The notes: a model not told the origin generated them from the sequence alone. DNA of 64,000 nt from Microcoleus sp. (GCA_052279835.1 CP181291.1:2688001-2752000), one strand, 5' to 3'; shown: positions 51,910 to 62,563, numbered from the stretch's first letter. Numbers and translations: made by a program.

Positions 51910-52422
51910 TTATTTAGCTTTCGGCTCATCCTCAACTTCCGGTTGACCCTGGTCTTTCTGTTCAAACTTAATTTCATTTTGCAACGAATTCAATGGCACT
52001 AAAAGCATCTCAGCTATTTGCGATTGTCCTCTAGCCCTGTAGATATCTATAGCTTTCTGAAAATCTTCCACTCCACCCTGTTTTTCTCCAATTACAGATC
52101 GAATACGAGCACGGATAATATAAGCTTCTACAAAGTCAGGATTGAGATTAATTGCTTGAGTAAAAGATTCAGCAGCTTCCTTATACAGTTCTCTGCGACC
52201 GAGGTCGAATCCTTGTTGATAAAGTTCTTGAGCTTTCATAGCATTCCTTAATTTCTGCTGTTCATCGCGCTTGCATAAAGGATCGAGTCTATTCACTTGA
52301 CCTGATGAATCAAGTATAAAGCACCCTGGTTCTTCCTGAGCATTCGCTACAGTCTGAAAAAAAGGTAGAGATGCAATAATGACAGAAGAAAAAGCAGAAA
52401 TTAAGTAGGAGTATTTCAGCAT
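51910..52422 (-). CDS. Secreted TPR protein
   Basis: Signal peptide ending ANA-Q; CFILDSSGQVNRLDPLC motif; TPR AAESFTQAINLNPDFVEAY. Confidence 0.8.
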   Translation of the reverse strand: MLKYSYLISAFSSVIIASLPFFQTVANAQEEPGCFILDSSGQVNRLDPLCKRDEQQKLRNAMKAQELYQQGFDLGRRELYKEAAESFTQAINLNPDFVEAYIIRARIRSVIGEKQGGVEDFQKAIDIYRARGQSQIAEMLLVPLNSLQNEIKFEQKDQGQPEVEDEPKAK

Positions 52423-52613
52423 TACTGGTACTGTTTAAATATTATTTAGGTAGATATTAACCATACCTGTCTGGTTCCAATGATGACATTGGTCATGGCA
52501 ATAACTGATATAAATCACTTACAGTAAAATGGCTCAGCTCCTAAAATCCTATAAACACGCTCTGCAATAAATTTCGCAAGCATCATTTTGTAAGTATCAT
52601 TGGAGCTTCAGCT

Positions 52614-53333
52614 ATGAACTACTTTCAAAAGACCGCATTTTTTATCGGGGTAGGAACTGCTATTAATGGGCTTACTTTTGCAGCTCAGGCTCAGTTTTGT
52701 GCAGATCCTTCTCATACAGCAGCAACCAAAGCTAGACTCGATCAACTTGCCAATAGTCAAGGGATACCAATCAATCAAGTTGGACGAGCTTTTCAAAACT
52801 TTGCACTAGCTACCATCAGACCAGGTACTCCAATTCCAGAGAATTTTAGGTTATTTCCTTCACCAGCAAGGGCAGCGGCCACAGGTGGTGCTATCCGAAA
52901 TGTAGAACCTGATGGAGTTCTTCCACTTGTGTTCGTAAACTTTCCAGCAGGCCCAACTGAAACATATCCTGATAGCGTTTTCTATGAGGCAAAGGCACTG
53001 CAAGGAGGTCTTCTCCCCCCTAGTTACCAAGATTATCAAATTCTCGGTTTCATTGATGCGCTCGGTAACAGCCCTGCCAAGACAGCAGGCAAAATACCAG
53101 CAATCATTTTTCTCACTAGCGCCGATATCAGGCAGATTAGTAATGCTACAATAACACAAGCTTCATTGAGAGGTGTAGCTGTCTGGCACGCTATAGGTTG
53201 TGAAATTCCGGGCAGCTTTAATCAGCTCCAACTAGGTGAAGCCTCCCTGAGAAATCCCGAAGTCTACATTTTCCAGCTAACGCTTCCAGAACAAATAGGC
53301 CCGGGAATCCGCGGAAGGCTTTTCATTAATTAA
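52614..53333 (+). CDS. Secreted PD-(D/E)xK nuclease-fold protein (Tox-REase-like)
   Basis: Signal peptide ending AQA-Q; GRAFQ helix, VEPDG...FYEAKA, YQILG, IIFLTS. Confidence 0.6.
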   Translation: MNYFQKTAFFIGVGTAINGLTFAAQAQFCADPSHTAATKARLDQLANSQGIPINQVGRAFQNFALATIRPGTPIPENFRLFPSPARAAATGGAIRNVEPDGVLPLVFVNFPAGPTETYPDSVFYEAKALQGGLLPPSYQDYQILGFIDALGNSPAKTAGKIPAIIFLTSADIRQISNATITQASLRGVAVWHAIGCEIPGSFNQLQLGEASLRNPEVYIFQLTLPEQIGPGIRGRLFIN

Positions 53334-53366
53334 AGGTTAATTATCTACTCATTCATAGTTTACTTA

Positions 53367-53993
53367 ATGGTAAAAGATATGTCTATTGAAGAGCGCCGAG
53401 GTATTGAAACAATTGACAGAAACCAAAATCTACTTCTCGTTCGGGCTCCTATTGAATCAGTGGCGGAAAAGTTCAGTAGGGCGAGACGTGCGGATGTTTG
53501 GGAACGGGATATATACGATCGCGAAATCGAAATTACGGCCGAAAGCTATATTGTATTTCAATTTCGAGGACATCCTTGGACGATAGTTGAGCAACTGAAT
53601 CATCATCCCGGTTCCCTTGTATTTGGAGAAGGAGATGCTATCACCCTTTCCTGGTTCCTATCCACTCGCGCCATCTACTACAAATGCAGCGACACTTGCG
53701 GTTATATTGGTTATAACTGCTACGAGAGAGGTGCATTTGCTGAGATGCTGTACTTTGAGGAAGAAATGGATCTCCTATTCCTCTCTGATTTTCGCGAGGT
53801 TAAAGCTGAGGACATTGACAGTGCCTTTCGCTTTACTTACGCTTTTATGGAGGAGCAAGATATCTATATCCCCTACGCATATTACGAAAATGTGAAGGTT
53901 GGCGATCGGGTGAATTTGCGCCCCAAAGGCCCAACGTTAGATGATTTAGTACGCAGCGACTTCGAGGGAGTAGATTATATAGGCATTAGCTAA
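53367..53993 (+). CDS. Cytoplasmic acidic protein, candidate immunity protein
   Basis: No signal peptide; directly downstream of the nuclease-like gene; LS..LSTRAIYY..SDTCGYIGY motif. Confidence 0.55.
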   Translation: MVKDMSIEERRGIETIDRNQNLLLVRAPIESVAEKFSRARRADVWERDIYDREIEITAESYIVFQFRGHPWTIVEQLNHHPGSLVFGEGDAITLSWFLSTRAIYYKCSDTCGYIGYNCYERGAFAEMLYFEEEMDLLFLSDFREVKAEDIDSAFRFTYAFMEEQDIYIPYAYYENVKVGDRVNLRPKGPTLDDLVRSDFEGVDYIGIS

Positions 53994-54000
53994 AATATTC

Positions 54001-55449
54001 TCAACTAGAAAATTTCGCCGCACCTCTCAACCCGCTATTCGATCGCCCTTTTCCCACAATTTCCCCATCCACTGCTGGAACTTCACTCAAAGCTCGATCG
54101 CCCGTAGCCTCTTCCAACAACTGAATTTGAATTTGATCTAACCGCGGCCCGCACACAGAAACCACCGCCAGTTCCACATTTTCGCTGCGCCACACTTCCC
54201 CCACCGCCGGCATTCTTTGCAACTGATAGCTCAAAAAACCTCCAATGGTTTGATATTCGTCAGTTACAGGCAAATCCAAATTCAATATTTGATTCACATC
54301 ATCTACATTTAACTGCGCTTGCACCAAAAAAGTGCGATCGTTCAATACTTGCAAAGCTATTTCTTTACTATCTTGCGATTCGTAACTGCGGCCGATAATT
54401 TCTGCAATCAAATCCCTCAGCGTCACTAACCCGGAAATGCCGCCAAATTCATCAACGACGATCGCAATTTCTTCCGAGGAACCCTGCATCAAAGGTAGCA
54501 ATTCTCCCAACAGCATCATCTCCGGCACAAACCTCACCGGACGCATCCACGTTACAATTGGCGTGTCTGGTGATAACAAACCTTCGGCTAGGGGTTTAGC
54601 AAGTTGTTTGAAGTCTATCACCCCGATAATATCATCGAAGGAATCTCCTGTAATCGGATAGCGAGAATGGTTGGAAATCGCAATTTCCGAGAGCAATGTT
54701 TGAAAAGTAGCAGTCTTGGGAAGCGCGACAATACTTGGCCTTGGCACCATTACTTCTTGTACCCACACTTCCCCAAACTCAAATACGTTGTTGAGCAATT
54801 CTCGTTCTTCTGCTTGCAAGCCGCTGGATTCTGTGGAAGTAGCGATAATTAATTGTAGTTCTTCGGGAGTCACTGGCCGATGGGTGACATCGTATTCAAT
54901 GCCCGCAAGCTGCAAGAGCGATCGAGTCGATTTATTGAGCAAGGAAACAAAGGGATTGAATAAACGAGCAATCTGTAAACTGGGAGTGCCTAGGCCTCTT
55001 GCTAATTGTTCGGAATAAAGTAAGGCTACAGATTTCGGCACCAGTTCGCCGAGTACGATTTGTAGATAAGCCAGCAGAAAAAAAGTGACTATGGATATGC
55101 TAAAAGAATGGGCGATCGATTCCTTGATATAAGTTGGCAGTGGCAAAAAGTGGATGGAAGCTCGGATCAGCACGGCGATCGTATCTTCCCCAATCCAGCC
55201 GAGAGCTAAACTAGAAAGAGTGATTCCCAACTGCATAGTTGAGAGCAATCGCTCAATACTTTGGATCAAAGATTGAACCGTCAGAGCCGGAACATCCCCC
55301 GCCTCAACTAACTGATTAATCCGCGAACGACGCACCGTTACCATCGAAAACTCAGCCGCCACAAAAAAAGCATTGATCGCTATCAGCAGCAGCACTGATA
55401 GCAACCGTGACAGCACTTCTGTCCAAGTCATAGCAGGCAACTCAGCCAT
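54001..55449 (-). CDS. HlyC/CorC (CNNM-CBS) family Mg2+/Co2+ transport-associated protein
   Basis: NAFFVAAEFS, QLGITLSSLALGW, GELVPKS, HSRYPI, VVDEFGG. Confidence 0.92.
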   Translation of the reverse strand: MAELPAMTWTEVLSRLLSVLLLIAINAFFVAAEFSMVTVRRSRINQLVEAGDVPALTVQSLIQSIERLLSTMQLGITLSSLALGWIGEDTIAVLIRASIHFLPLPTYIKESIAHSFSISIVTFFLLAYLQIVLGELVPKSVALLYSEQLARGLGTPSLQIARLFNPFVSLLNKSTRSLLQLAGIEYDVTHRPVTPEELQLIIATSTESSGLQAEERELLNNVFEFGEVWVQEVMVPRPSIVALPKTATFQTLLSEIAISNHSRYPITGDSFDDIIGVIDFKQLAKPLAEGLLSPDTPIVTWMRPVRFVPEMMLLGELLPLMQGSSEEIAIVVDEFGGISGLVTLRDLIAEIIGRSYESQDSKEIALQVLNDRTFLVQAQLNVDDVNQILNLDLPVTDEYQTIGGFLSYQLQRMPAVGEVWRSENVELAVVSVCGPRLDQIQIQLLEEATGDRALSEVPAVDGEIVGKGRSNSGLRGAAKFSS

Positions 55450-55696
55450 CTCCTACACTCTCCTGACCCAGGCCTGTGGGAGTGATACAGCTCTGCCTAG
55501 AACCACTTTCTCGGCTGAGCCTGAGAACCAGTCGGTCGGTTTGACCTCCTCCATAGCAAGCTAAAATTGTTGACAATCCCCCTAACACGAACACAACAGG
55601 GGCAAGCATCGGCAAATATTTTCCAAATATTGAACTACTCACCGCTTACCTGGACTAACAGGTATAGCAGGGGACTTCCCGGCGCTGTAAGTTAAT

Positions 55697-56389
55697 TCAC
55701 TTCGGCACTGGAATGCCCGCTATTTGCAACTGAAGTTTTTGAGCTGGATAATCTGTCAGCGTCAGCGAAATTTCTTTAGTATTTTCCAGTAAAGTTGTGG
55801 GAATACTAATCGTGCCGTAAAACACCTGCCCGTTGGGGGGCAGTTCCCCAGGCAAATCCTCGGCCGTCGCACTTAGGGGCTGGCCTTGGTTATTAGTGAC
55901 GCTCAAGAAACTGTATAAAAACTTTACAGCTTGGGAGCCTTCGTTCTTCATGCTCACGTCTAGCAGCATGGAGTTACCTCGCTGATTGGCCGCACTCACT
56001 TCTAGGGTGATTCCCCCGTCGCGACTGTTGAGGGGAAACTTGTTGCTGGCATTTTTGTCAGTGGCTGGTTTTTTGGCTGTAGCTGTTTTAGAGCTAGCCT
56101 TGTCTGTTTTGGTATTCCCTTGACCCGCTACTTTCTCAGGATCGCGACCTTCAATCCGTGCTTTGACGGTTTTGAGAATGTCTTTTTCTTTCAAAATGCT
56201 CACTTGGTCTTTGCTAGCTGGATTTCCCTGTTTGCCACCTGCATTATTGCTGGGGCGAACGTCTGGTTGAGTAGTTCCTTTCAACGCTTCGCGACCTAAA
56301 GTAAATCCGAAAACAGAACTCGTCACACCAGCTCCCAACATCATAGTCAGTAGAATCAGAGTCAGCACTACCGTCGAATTCAGTACCAT
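55697..56389 (-). CDS. Conserved cyanobacterial membrane-anchored protein
   Basis: N-terminal TM, GREALKGTTQP, C-terminal Ig-like VKFLYSFL...LTDYP. Confidence 0.7.
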   Translation of the reverse strand: MVLNSTVVLTLILLTMMLGAGVTSSVFGFTLGREALKGTTQPDVRPSNNAGGKQGNPASKDQVSILKEKDILKTVKARIEGRDPEKVAGQGNTKTDKASSKTATAKKPATDKNASNKFPLNSRDGGITLEVSAANQRGNSMLLDVSMKNEGSQAVKFLYSFLSVTNNQGQPLSATAEDLPGELPPNGQVFYGTISIPTTLLENTKEISLTLTDYPAQKLQLQIAGIPVPK

Positions 56390-56570
56390 TACCTGTAAGT
56401 TCTATGCCAAGTCTTAGAAACTGCTTTGTTTGACCGATCGACTCCAACTTCGGGCTGATGGCGATCGGGCGTTGCAGATCGAAGATTGTGATTTTTGTTC
56501 TCTAGTTTTAACACGGACTGGGAAATTATGTTATAATTCATTTTAAGTTCGATCGCACCTTGCGATCTAA

Positions 56571-56643
56571 CGGCAGTTGGCCGAGCGGTTTAGGCAGCGA
56601 ACTCATAATTCGCCTCAGGCAGGTTCAACTCCTGCACTGCCGA
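56571..56643 (+). tRNA. tRNA with CAT anticodon, probably tRNA-Ile2 (lysidine)
   Basis: CGGCAGT/ACTGCCG acceptor, GCGAA-CTCATAA-TTCGC; resembles cyanobacterial/plastid trnI-CAU. Confidence 0.85.
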
Positions 56644-56784
56644 TTTTGACAATACTTCGACTTCGCTCACTCAGGTTTGGGCCAGAGTTACCGTTTCCGT
56701 TAGACCAGGGGTCTGAGAAACCAGGTTTCTGTGGTCTCCTATCACTGTGTCTTTGTTGGCGCTCAGCAACGGGTCGATCGCATA

Positions 56785-57318
56785 TCAACCTTTAATTAAC
56801 TCCACTCCGTCGCGCCCATCAATTTCTTGAACGTATACCTTAACTTGTTCTTCCTTTGCTGTGGGCAACTTTTTACCCGTGAAATCCGGCTGAATCGGTA
56901 CTTCTCGGTGTCCGCGATCGACTAACACTGCGAGCCAAATTTTCTCCGGTCTGCCATAATCATTTACTGCATTCAAAGCTGCTCGAATAGTTCTACCTTT
57001 ATATATAACGTCATCTATCAATACAACAGTTTTGCCTGTCAAATCGAAGGGAATTTCGGTTTTGGCTGGTGTCCGCATCGCCACTCGATCCAAATCATCT
57101 CGGTAAAACGTAATATCCAGAGCACCTACGGATACTTTGACTTGTTCGAGGACTTCAATTTGAGCCGCCAGAATTTGAGCTAAAGGTACTCCTCTAGTAT
57201 GAATACCTAACAAGACTAATTCTCCTGGGTGTCCCGATTTTTCCACTATCTGGGAAGCGATGCGGGTAAGAGTGCGTCGCACTTCATCCGGCGATAAAAT
57301 TTCAATAATTTTAGTCAT
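56785..57318 (-). CDS. pyrR: Bifunctional pyrimidine regulator / uracil phosphoribosyltransferase
   Basis: [42 protein letters not shown]. Confidence 0.95.
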   Translation of the reverse strand: MTKIIEILSPDEVRRTLTRIASQIVEKSGHPGELVLLGIHTRGVPLAQILAAQIEVLEQVKVSVGALDITFYRDDLDRVAMRTPAKTEIPFDLTGKTVVLIDDVIYKGRTIRAALNAVNDYGRPEKIWLAVLVDRGHREVPIQPDFTGKKLPTAKEEQVKVYVQEIDGRDGVELIKG

Positions 57319-57359
57319 TGGTGGCTGTTGCTAATTTTTGGCTGTGGGTCGATCGACAG

Positions 57360-58445
57360 TTAGCGGACAAAAACGAAGGCAGCATAAAAGAGCAATGATA
57401 ATCCCAACCAAATCAGAAAGCAATACCGAGTTAATTGCAATGCTTGGTGAATATGGTGCACTGTGATAGGTTGATTCTGGTCCCCTAACAGGGGTTTGTG
57501 TTTAACAACTCCCCGATAGGAATTTGTACCTCCTAGTTGCACTCCCAAGATGGCGGCGTAGACGCATTCGCTCCAACCGGAATTGGGACTGGCATCTTTT
57601 ACCGCATCTCTTTGACAAATTCTCCAAATGTACAGGGGTTTTTCTGATATCGCAGCTAAAGTCATCACTGTTAATCTGCAAGGAATCCAAGTCAGGACAT
57701 CTTCGAGTTTGGCACTAAACCATCCTAAATCTGTGTAGGGTGCTTCTTTGTAGCCCACGGTAGAATCTAATGTACTGGCTGCTTTATAAGCGATCGCCAA
57801 GGGGACGATGGCGCTCATTGACATGGAGTAATCCGCGATCGGCAAATCCCTCACACTTAATAATAGATATAGATGTGGGAGAGCGAACCCAACTAAGGCA
57901 TAAAATAGGGGAGCACTCACCCCATCCACGGCATTCTCTGTTACAGTTTCTAACAATGCTCGCAGAATTTCTGGCTCGGATAAGTTTTCAGTATCCCGAC
58001 CGACATAAAGACTCAACCTTTCTCGCGCCTTGACTAAATCTCCTAGATTTAGAGGTGCCAGCACATCCTCCGCAGCAGCCCTCAAACTCCTACCTGCAAA
58101 ACAGCTTGCGAGTAAAATGGTCTGTAAAGCAATCCCCAAAAGAGGATGCACCCAACTAGCAGCTTGCACCATCGACCAACTGACAGTATAACTGCCTACA
58201 ATCAACCCGATCGCTAGTATTGTACCCGCAGCGCGAAGCAACAGTTTAGGGCGATCGCTTGGGGGACTATCGCCCAAGTTCGGTTTTGTACCTGGGGGAT
58301 TATTCCAGATATTAAAGACCAGTCGAGTATAGCGGTCAATGACCCAACCCATAGCCTGTACAGGATGCGGCCAACCCCAAGGATCGCCGATGGAGTAATC
58401 TAATACAGCAGCTAAAATCAAAACAGCCAATTCATCCGGCATCAT
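57360..58445 (-). CDS. cbiB: Adenosylcobinamide-phosphate synthase CbiB (CobD)
   Basis: GDPWGWPHPV, YVGRDT, ENAVDGVSAPLFY, STLDSTVGY, SPNSG. Confidence 0.93.
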   Translation of the reverse strand: MMPDELAVLILAAVLDYSIGDPWGWPHPVQAMGWVIDRYTRLVFNIWNNPPGTKPNLGDSPPSDRPKLLLRAAGTILAIGLIVGSYTVSWSMVQAASWVHPLLGIALQTILLASCFAGRSLRAAAEDVLAPLNLGDLVKARERLSLYVGRDTENLSEPEILRALLETVTENAVDGVSAPLFYALVGFALPHLYLLLSVRDLPIADYSMSMSAIVPLAIAYKAASTLDSTVGYKEAPYTDLGWFSAKLEDVLTWIPCRLTVMTLAAISEKPLYIWRICQRDAVKDASPNSGWSECVYAAILGVQLGGTNSYRGVVKHKPLLGDQNQPITVHHIHQALQLTRYCFLIWLGLSLLFYAAFVFVR

Positions 58446-58467
58446 TTATATATAGACAGTTTTAAGT

Positions 58468-58863
58468 TCACAGATTGTTTTCGTCCCGCAGTAGGTGCAC
58501 GTTCTGCTCCCAATTAGCACCATCAAAGGGTACGATCCGAAATTGAGTAACTGCATCGGAGTCTAGACAGCGGACATTGACATCAAATTGATCGGGATGC
58601 GATCGGGGGCGATAAAACGGATGAATACCACAAATCCGGCAAAAATTATGTTTGGCAATGCCCGTATTAAACGTATAGGTTGTCAAAACATCTTCGCCGC
58701 TTAGCAACGTAAAATGTTCTGGTGGTACAATTAGGTGCAAAAATCCCTTCTTGTGACAGATAGAACAGTTACAATCAACTGCTTCGTGTTTTTCCACCCC
58801 GACTCGGAAGCGGACAGCACCGCAATGACAGCCACCTTCGTAGATAACAAGTGTCAGATCCAT
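58468..58863 (-). CDS. GFA family (CENP-V-like) protein
   Basis: GGCHCGAVRF, CNCSIC, FCRICGI. Confidence 0.9.
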   Translation of the reverse strand: MDLTLVIYEGGCHCGAVRFRVGVEKHEAVDCNCSICHKKGFLHLIVPPEHFTLLSGEDVLTTYTFNTGIAKHNFCRICGIHPFYRPRSHPDQFDVNVRCLDSDAVTQFRIVPFDGANWEQNVHLLRDENNL

Positions 58864-58978
58864 ATTTACTGGCAATCTTATTTTTGAACCGATCTTAACA
58901 TTCTTGGTAGTTAGGGCGTTTTTAATTGCCCAAACCATTGATTTTATTGAATTGTCATGATTCCTGATTCCTTAGCAT

Positions 58979-59422
58979 CTAAATGATAAAGCTAGTTTCT
59001 TCACCAAGAGCAGCTTGCCAACTTCGGGCATCATAGTATAAGTCTTCCAGAGAAATACTGTACAGCGCCAGCACCAGTTTTTTGTGCAGTTGGTTCCACA
59101 AACTGAATGTTACCCAGTCCTCTGCAAGGCAAGCATCAGCAGAATGGCGACGTAAAGGTTCAATAGTTTCCCCTACAGCCTCTAAGATTTGTCCTAGAGA
59201 GATTTGAGCTGGTTCGCGGGCCAATTTGTAGCCTCCTTGTGAACCGCGAACTGATTGCACTAAACCGGCTCGTCGCATTTCAATTAGCAATTTTTCGAGA
59301 TAGGGAGCCGGTAACTCCTGTCGTTTAGCTATCGATTTTACCGATGTCGGCCCGAACCCAGGTTGCAAACTTAGATCCAGTAGAGCTTTGACACTGTAGT
59401 GTCCGCGTGCAGTTAACTTCAT
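58979..59422 (-). CDS. Rrf2 family transcriptional regulator
   Basis: YSVKALLDL, YLEKLL, SVRGSQGGYKLA. Confidence 0.92.
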   Translation of the reverse strand: MKLTARGHYSVKALLDLSLQPGFGPTSVKSIAKRQELPAPYLEKLLIEMRRAGLVQSVRGSQGGYKLAREPAQISLGQILEAVGETIEPLRRHSADACLAEDWVTFSLWNQLHKKLVLALYSISLEDLYYDARSWQAALGEETSFII

Positions 59423-59686
59423 CGGATTTTAAGATGTGGGGCATATATTCAGCTAGCTGATAGCTGATAGCTTATGCTACAGAGTTTAGAGATTGCTCGC
59501 AATCGACAGCTACTCCTCAAGAAAGACTCCACATTGTTAAAAATATTTAGATAATAGTGGTTAACAATCGAGCCAATCGGTGTAATATGGTTTTACGACC
59601 AGCTATAAAGCTAAAGTTTCTTGGCCAAATCAAAAATCAACCGAGAAAAAAACCGTACACCAGTTGAATATTTCAGGACTCAGTAG

Positions 59687-60076
59687 ATGGTTAAAAAGAA
59701 AAGTATCGAACCCCTTGAAGGCGAAGGTCTGATCAAAAAGGTTAAAGACCTAGAGAACCTTACCAAAGAAGAAAAAGCAAGAGCCTGTGGCTACTACACC
59801 GTTACCAAAAATGGAGTAGAACGGGTCAACATGATGAAATTCTTGAATGCTCTGATTGATGCAGAGGGCATTCAGCTAGATGGTAAGCAAAACGGCAATG
59901 GACGGGGCGGACGCTCGGCTAGCTATCGGATTAGCGTTCAATCTAACGGGAACTTACTGATTGGAGCAGCTTACACCAAACAGATGGAACTCCAACCAGG
60001 AGATGAATTTGAAATCTCTTTGGGACGCAAGCACATTCACCTGCGCCAAATCGATCAAGAAGAAGAAGTAGCTTAA
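59687..60076 (+). CDS. Cyanobacterial AbrB-like regulator, clade B (cyAbrB2/CalB-like)
   Basis: KARACGYY...ERVNMMKFLNALIDAEG...YRISVQSNGNLLIG. Confidence 0.9.
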   Translation: MVKKKSIEPLEGEGLIKKVKDLENLTKEEKARACGYYTVTKNGVERVNMMKFLNALIDAEGIQLDGKQNGNGRGGRSASYRISVQSNGNLLIGAAYTKQMELQPGDEFEISLGRKHIHLRQIDQEEEVA

Positions 60077-60318
60077 GCACTTACTTTTTGATTTGACTTG
60101 CTGGGACTGGTTGATTGGAGTTCAAGCAGAGGTTTTGCTCTGAAATATTTCTGTGTGGCTAAATCTGTAAGTCTAAAACAGGATAGCTAGAGATGGCAAT
60201 GGCTCCACAACAGCCACTGCCACCATTTATCAGATCCGAAATTAGCTATTTTCTCCCTCGCTAGATCCAATTGGAACAGCGAGGTTTTTCCGCGTATACA
60301 ACCTCGCAGAGGTGGATA

Positions 60319-60454
60319 ATATCAATTCCGGTTGTATCGTCAGGTGATTTAACCGCGAAGGCGCAAAGGACGACCCCCCCCTGCCCCCCCCAAGGGGGGA
60401 AAGAGGAAGAGAAGAGAGAGTTTAATACAGGACGATGAAGAGAGGATTTGATAT
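60319..60454. repeat. MITE-like element, family C, with an internal CCCCCCAAGGGGGG insert
   Basis: ATATCAATTCC / GGATTTGATAT termini. Confidence 0.7.
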
Positions 60455-60514
60455 AAAGTGTAGTAGGGAAACGGGAGTGCCGTGTCCCTAGGGGGAGTAA
60501 TGGAGGCTCACTTA

Positions 60515-61618
60515 TTAAGCTGGGTTGGCCTCAGTTCGTCTTTGCAAGAGTCGGGCAATTTCCGCTTTTTCTACCAGTCCGACGAGAACACCGTTGCCAC
60601 GAATCACAGGGAGTTCTTGGACCTTGAGTTGTTCAAAGAGAGTCACAACTTCTAGAAGGGATTGTTCTGGTTCGACGGTGGCGGAAAATTCGATCGGCTT
60701 GAGCAGTTCTTTCACTTGAACCGAAGGCCAGTTACCCGTAGGAATTGTTTTGAGCTCGTCAAGTTCGATCGCACCTACCAATTGTCCCTCATCATCTGTT
60801 ACCAGATAGCGACGCCAGTTTTGAGGATTACCGATGACGTAGTTATTGGCAAATTCTCTCAGAGATAAGTTTTCTGAGACGATCGGGCTTCCTGGAGTAA
60901 CAGCATCTGCGGCTGTCAGCCCCGCCAGTTGATTTTGGACTGTGGCAGATTGTGCAGATTGACCAGCATTTTGCAACAAAAACCAACCGATTACTAAATT
61001 CCAGATGTTGCCAAATATTCCTGTAGCAATGGCGATCCAACCAATGATTTGACCCACACGGCTAGCAAAAATGACACCTTTGTAAGGGTTCCCTGTAATT
61101 TTCCAGACGATCGCTTTGAGAATGTTACCACCATCTAGGGGTAAACCAGGAATCAGGTTAAATAGAGCTAAAGCTAAGTTGATCGAAGCTAAAAGTTGGA
61201 CGATAGCGGCTGCGGGGCCTGTGAGACTGGCACCAATGCCGATCGCTGCTAACAAACCCGATAATAATAGACTAACTAACGGGCCTGCGATCGCCACCCA
61301 AAAAGCCTGGGCCGGAGTTTTAGATTCTCTTTCCAAACTAGCCAATCCACCAAACAGAAATAGCGATATAGATTTCACGCCAATTCCCTGTTTGATAGCA
61401 ACCCAACTATGTCCCAATTCATGGGCTAACACCGAAGCAAATAACAGCAATGCTGTGAATAATCCCAGCATCCAGGGCGCTAGAGGGCCCAAGGTAGGAA
61501 ACAGAGCAGCTAGTGCGCCACCATACTGCCACGTTACTAAGCCCAGGACTAAAAACCAAGATGCGTTGATGTAAAAGGGAATTCCAAACAGGTTGCCGAC
61601 GCGAAATGTACCATTCAT
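60515..61618 (-). CDS. Site-2 protease (M50) with CBS domains
   Basis: HELGH, FNLIPGLPLDGG, C-terminal CBS pair. Confidence 0.93.
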   Translation of the reverse strand: MNGTFRVGNLFGIPFYINASWFLVLGLVTWQYGGALAALFPTLGPLAPWMLGLFTALLLFASVLAHELGHSWVAIKQGIGVKSISLFLFGGLASLERESKTPAQAFWVAIAGPLVSLLLSGLLAAIGIGASLTGPAAAIVQLLASINLALALFNLIPGLPLDGGNILKAIVWKITGNPYKGVIFASRVGQIIGWIAIATGIFGNIWNLVIGWFLLQNAGQSAQSATVQNQLAGLTAADAVTPGSPIVSENLSLREFANNYVIGNPQNWRRYLVTDDEGQLVGAIELDELKTIPTGNWPSVQVKELLKPIEFSATVEPEQSLLEVVTLFEQLKVQELPVIRGNGVLVGLVEKAEIARLLQRRTEANPA

Positions 61619-61803
61619 AATGGCTACCTCTGATACTATGGGGCAGAGTTTTTTCTCTCTGTTTCCTTATAGTAACGAAATGTAACGATGATGTTAATCT
61701 GTCCATGGGCGTGGTATCCGCCTGGGTTGGTTCGGTAAAGAGCGATCGCCCTTGGACTGAGAAAGTGCGATCGCCCTTGACGACTAATCAAACAGGTTTG
61801 AGA

Positions 61804-62461
61804 TTAATCAGGTATCTTGCCCAATCTTTCCCTCAATTTATCAGCCGATAACTGCGGCAGTTGCCCTACAAATAGTGCCAATTCTGCTACAGACAAGGCC
61901 AATAAATTAGTGATGGCGATCGGCAAAACATCGCCCAATTCATTTGAACTCATTTTCAAGACACTTTCAGCTAATAATTTCACCGCTGATTCTCGCCCTG
62001 ATACATCGACTGTCAGCATGGATAGTGCCAGTAACAACAGGGTAAACTCCGTTGCCGACAACTTTGATATGGGAGCTAGAAAAACCGTCATTTTTGGGTT
62101 TAATTCTCCAAACCTGACTTGCAGAAAATTTTCTAAAATTAAGCGCTGTTGTTCTTGTCTACCTCGTTCTAGCCCTCGTTCTAGTCCTTGTTCTAGCCCT
62201 CGTTCTAGCCCTCGTTCTAGCCCTCGTTCTAGCCCTCGTTCTAGCCCTTGTTCTAGCCCTTGTTCTCTACCTTTTTGCTGTGCTGCTTCTATTTGTTGCT
62301 GAAAAAGTGGTGCAATAGCCATAATTAACTCCCGCTCTTCTGGCTCTAATTCCTGTGGGATATCAGTTACTAAATTTGACTGTAACCGATACAATAATTC
62401 TAGCGCTACCATCCGCAACGGAGCCTCCGTTGGTAAAACGATCGTGAATAAATCGCGTCAT
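61804..62461 (-). pseudogene. Internally deleted Rpn-like / putative transposase gene
   Basis: MTRFIHDRF start joined out of frame to LPTEAPLRMVALELL...; GLER/GLEQ repeats; LENFLQVRFGEL. Confidence 0.7.
62162..62270. repeat. 12-bp coding tandem repeat (GLER/GLEQ), about 9 copies
   Basis: (CTCGTTCTAGCC)n. Confidence 0.9.
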
Positions 62462-62563
62462 AAAAATTAGGATTAACTTTTTAATTATAGCATACTTGAC
62501 TTAATCACCATCGAATCCATCCCTTCTCCCCGGCTGACTAGAGGGCTTCAATTCATCAACTAA

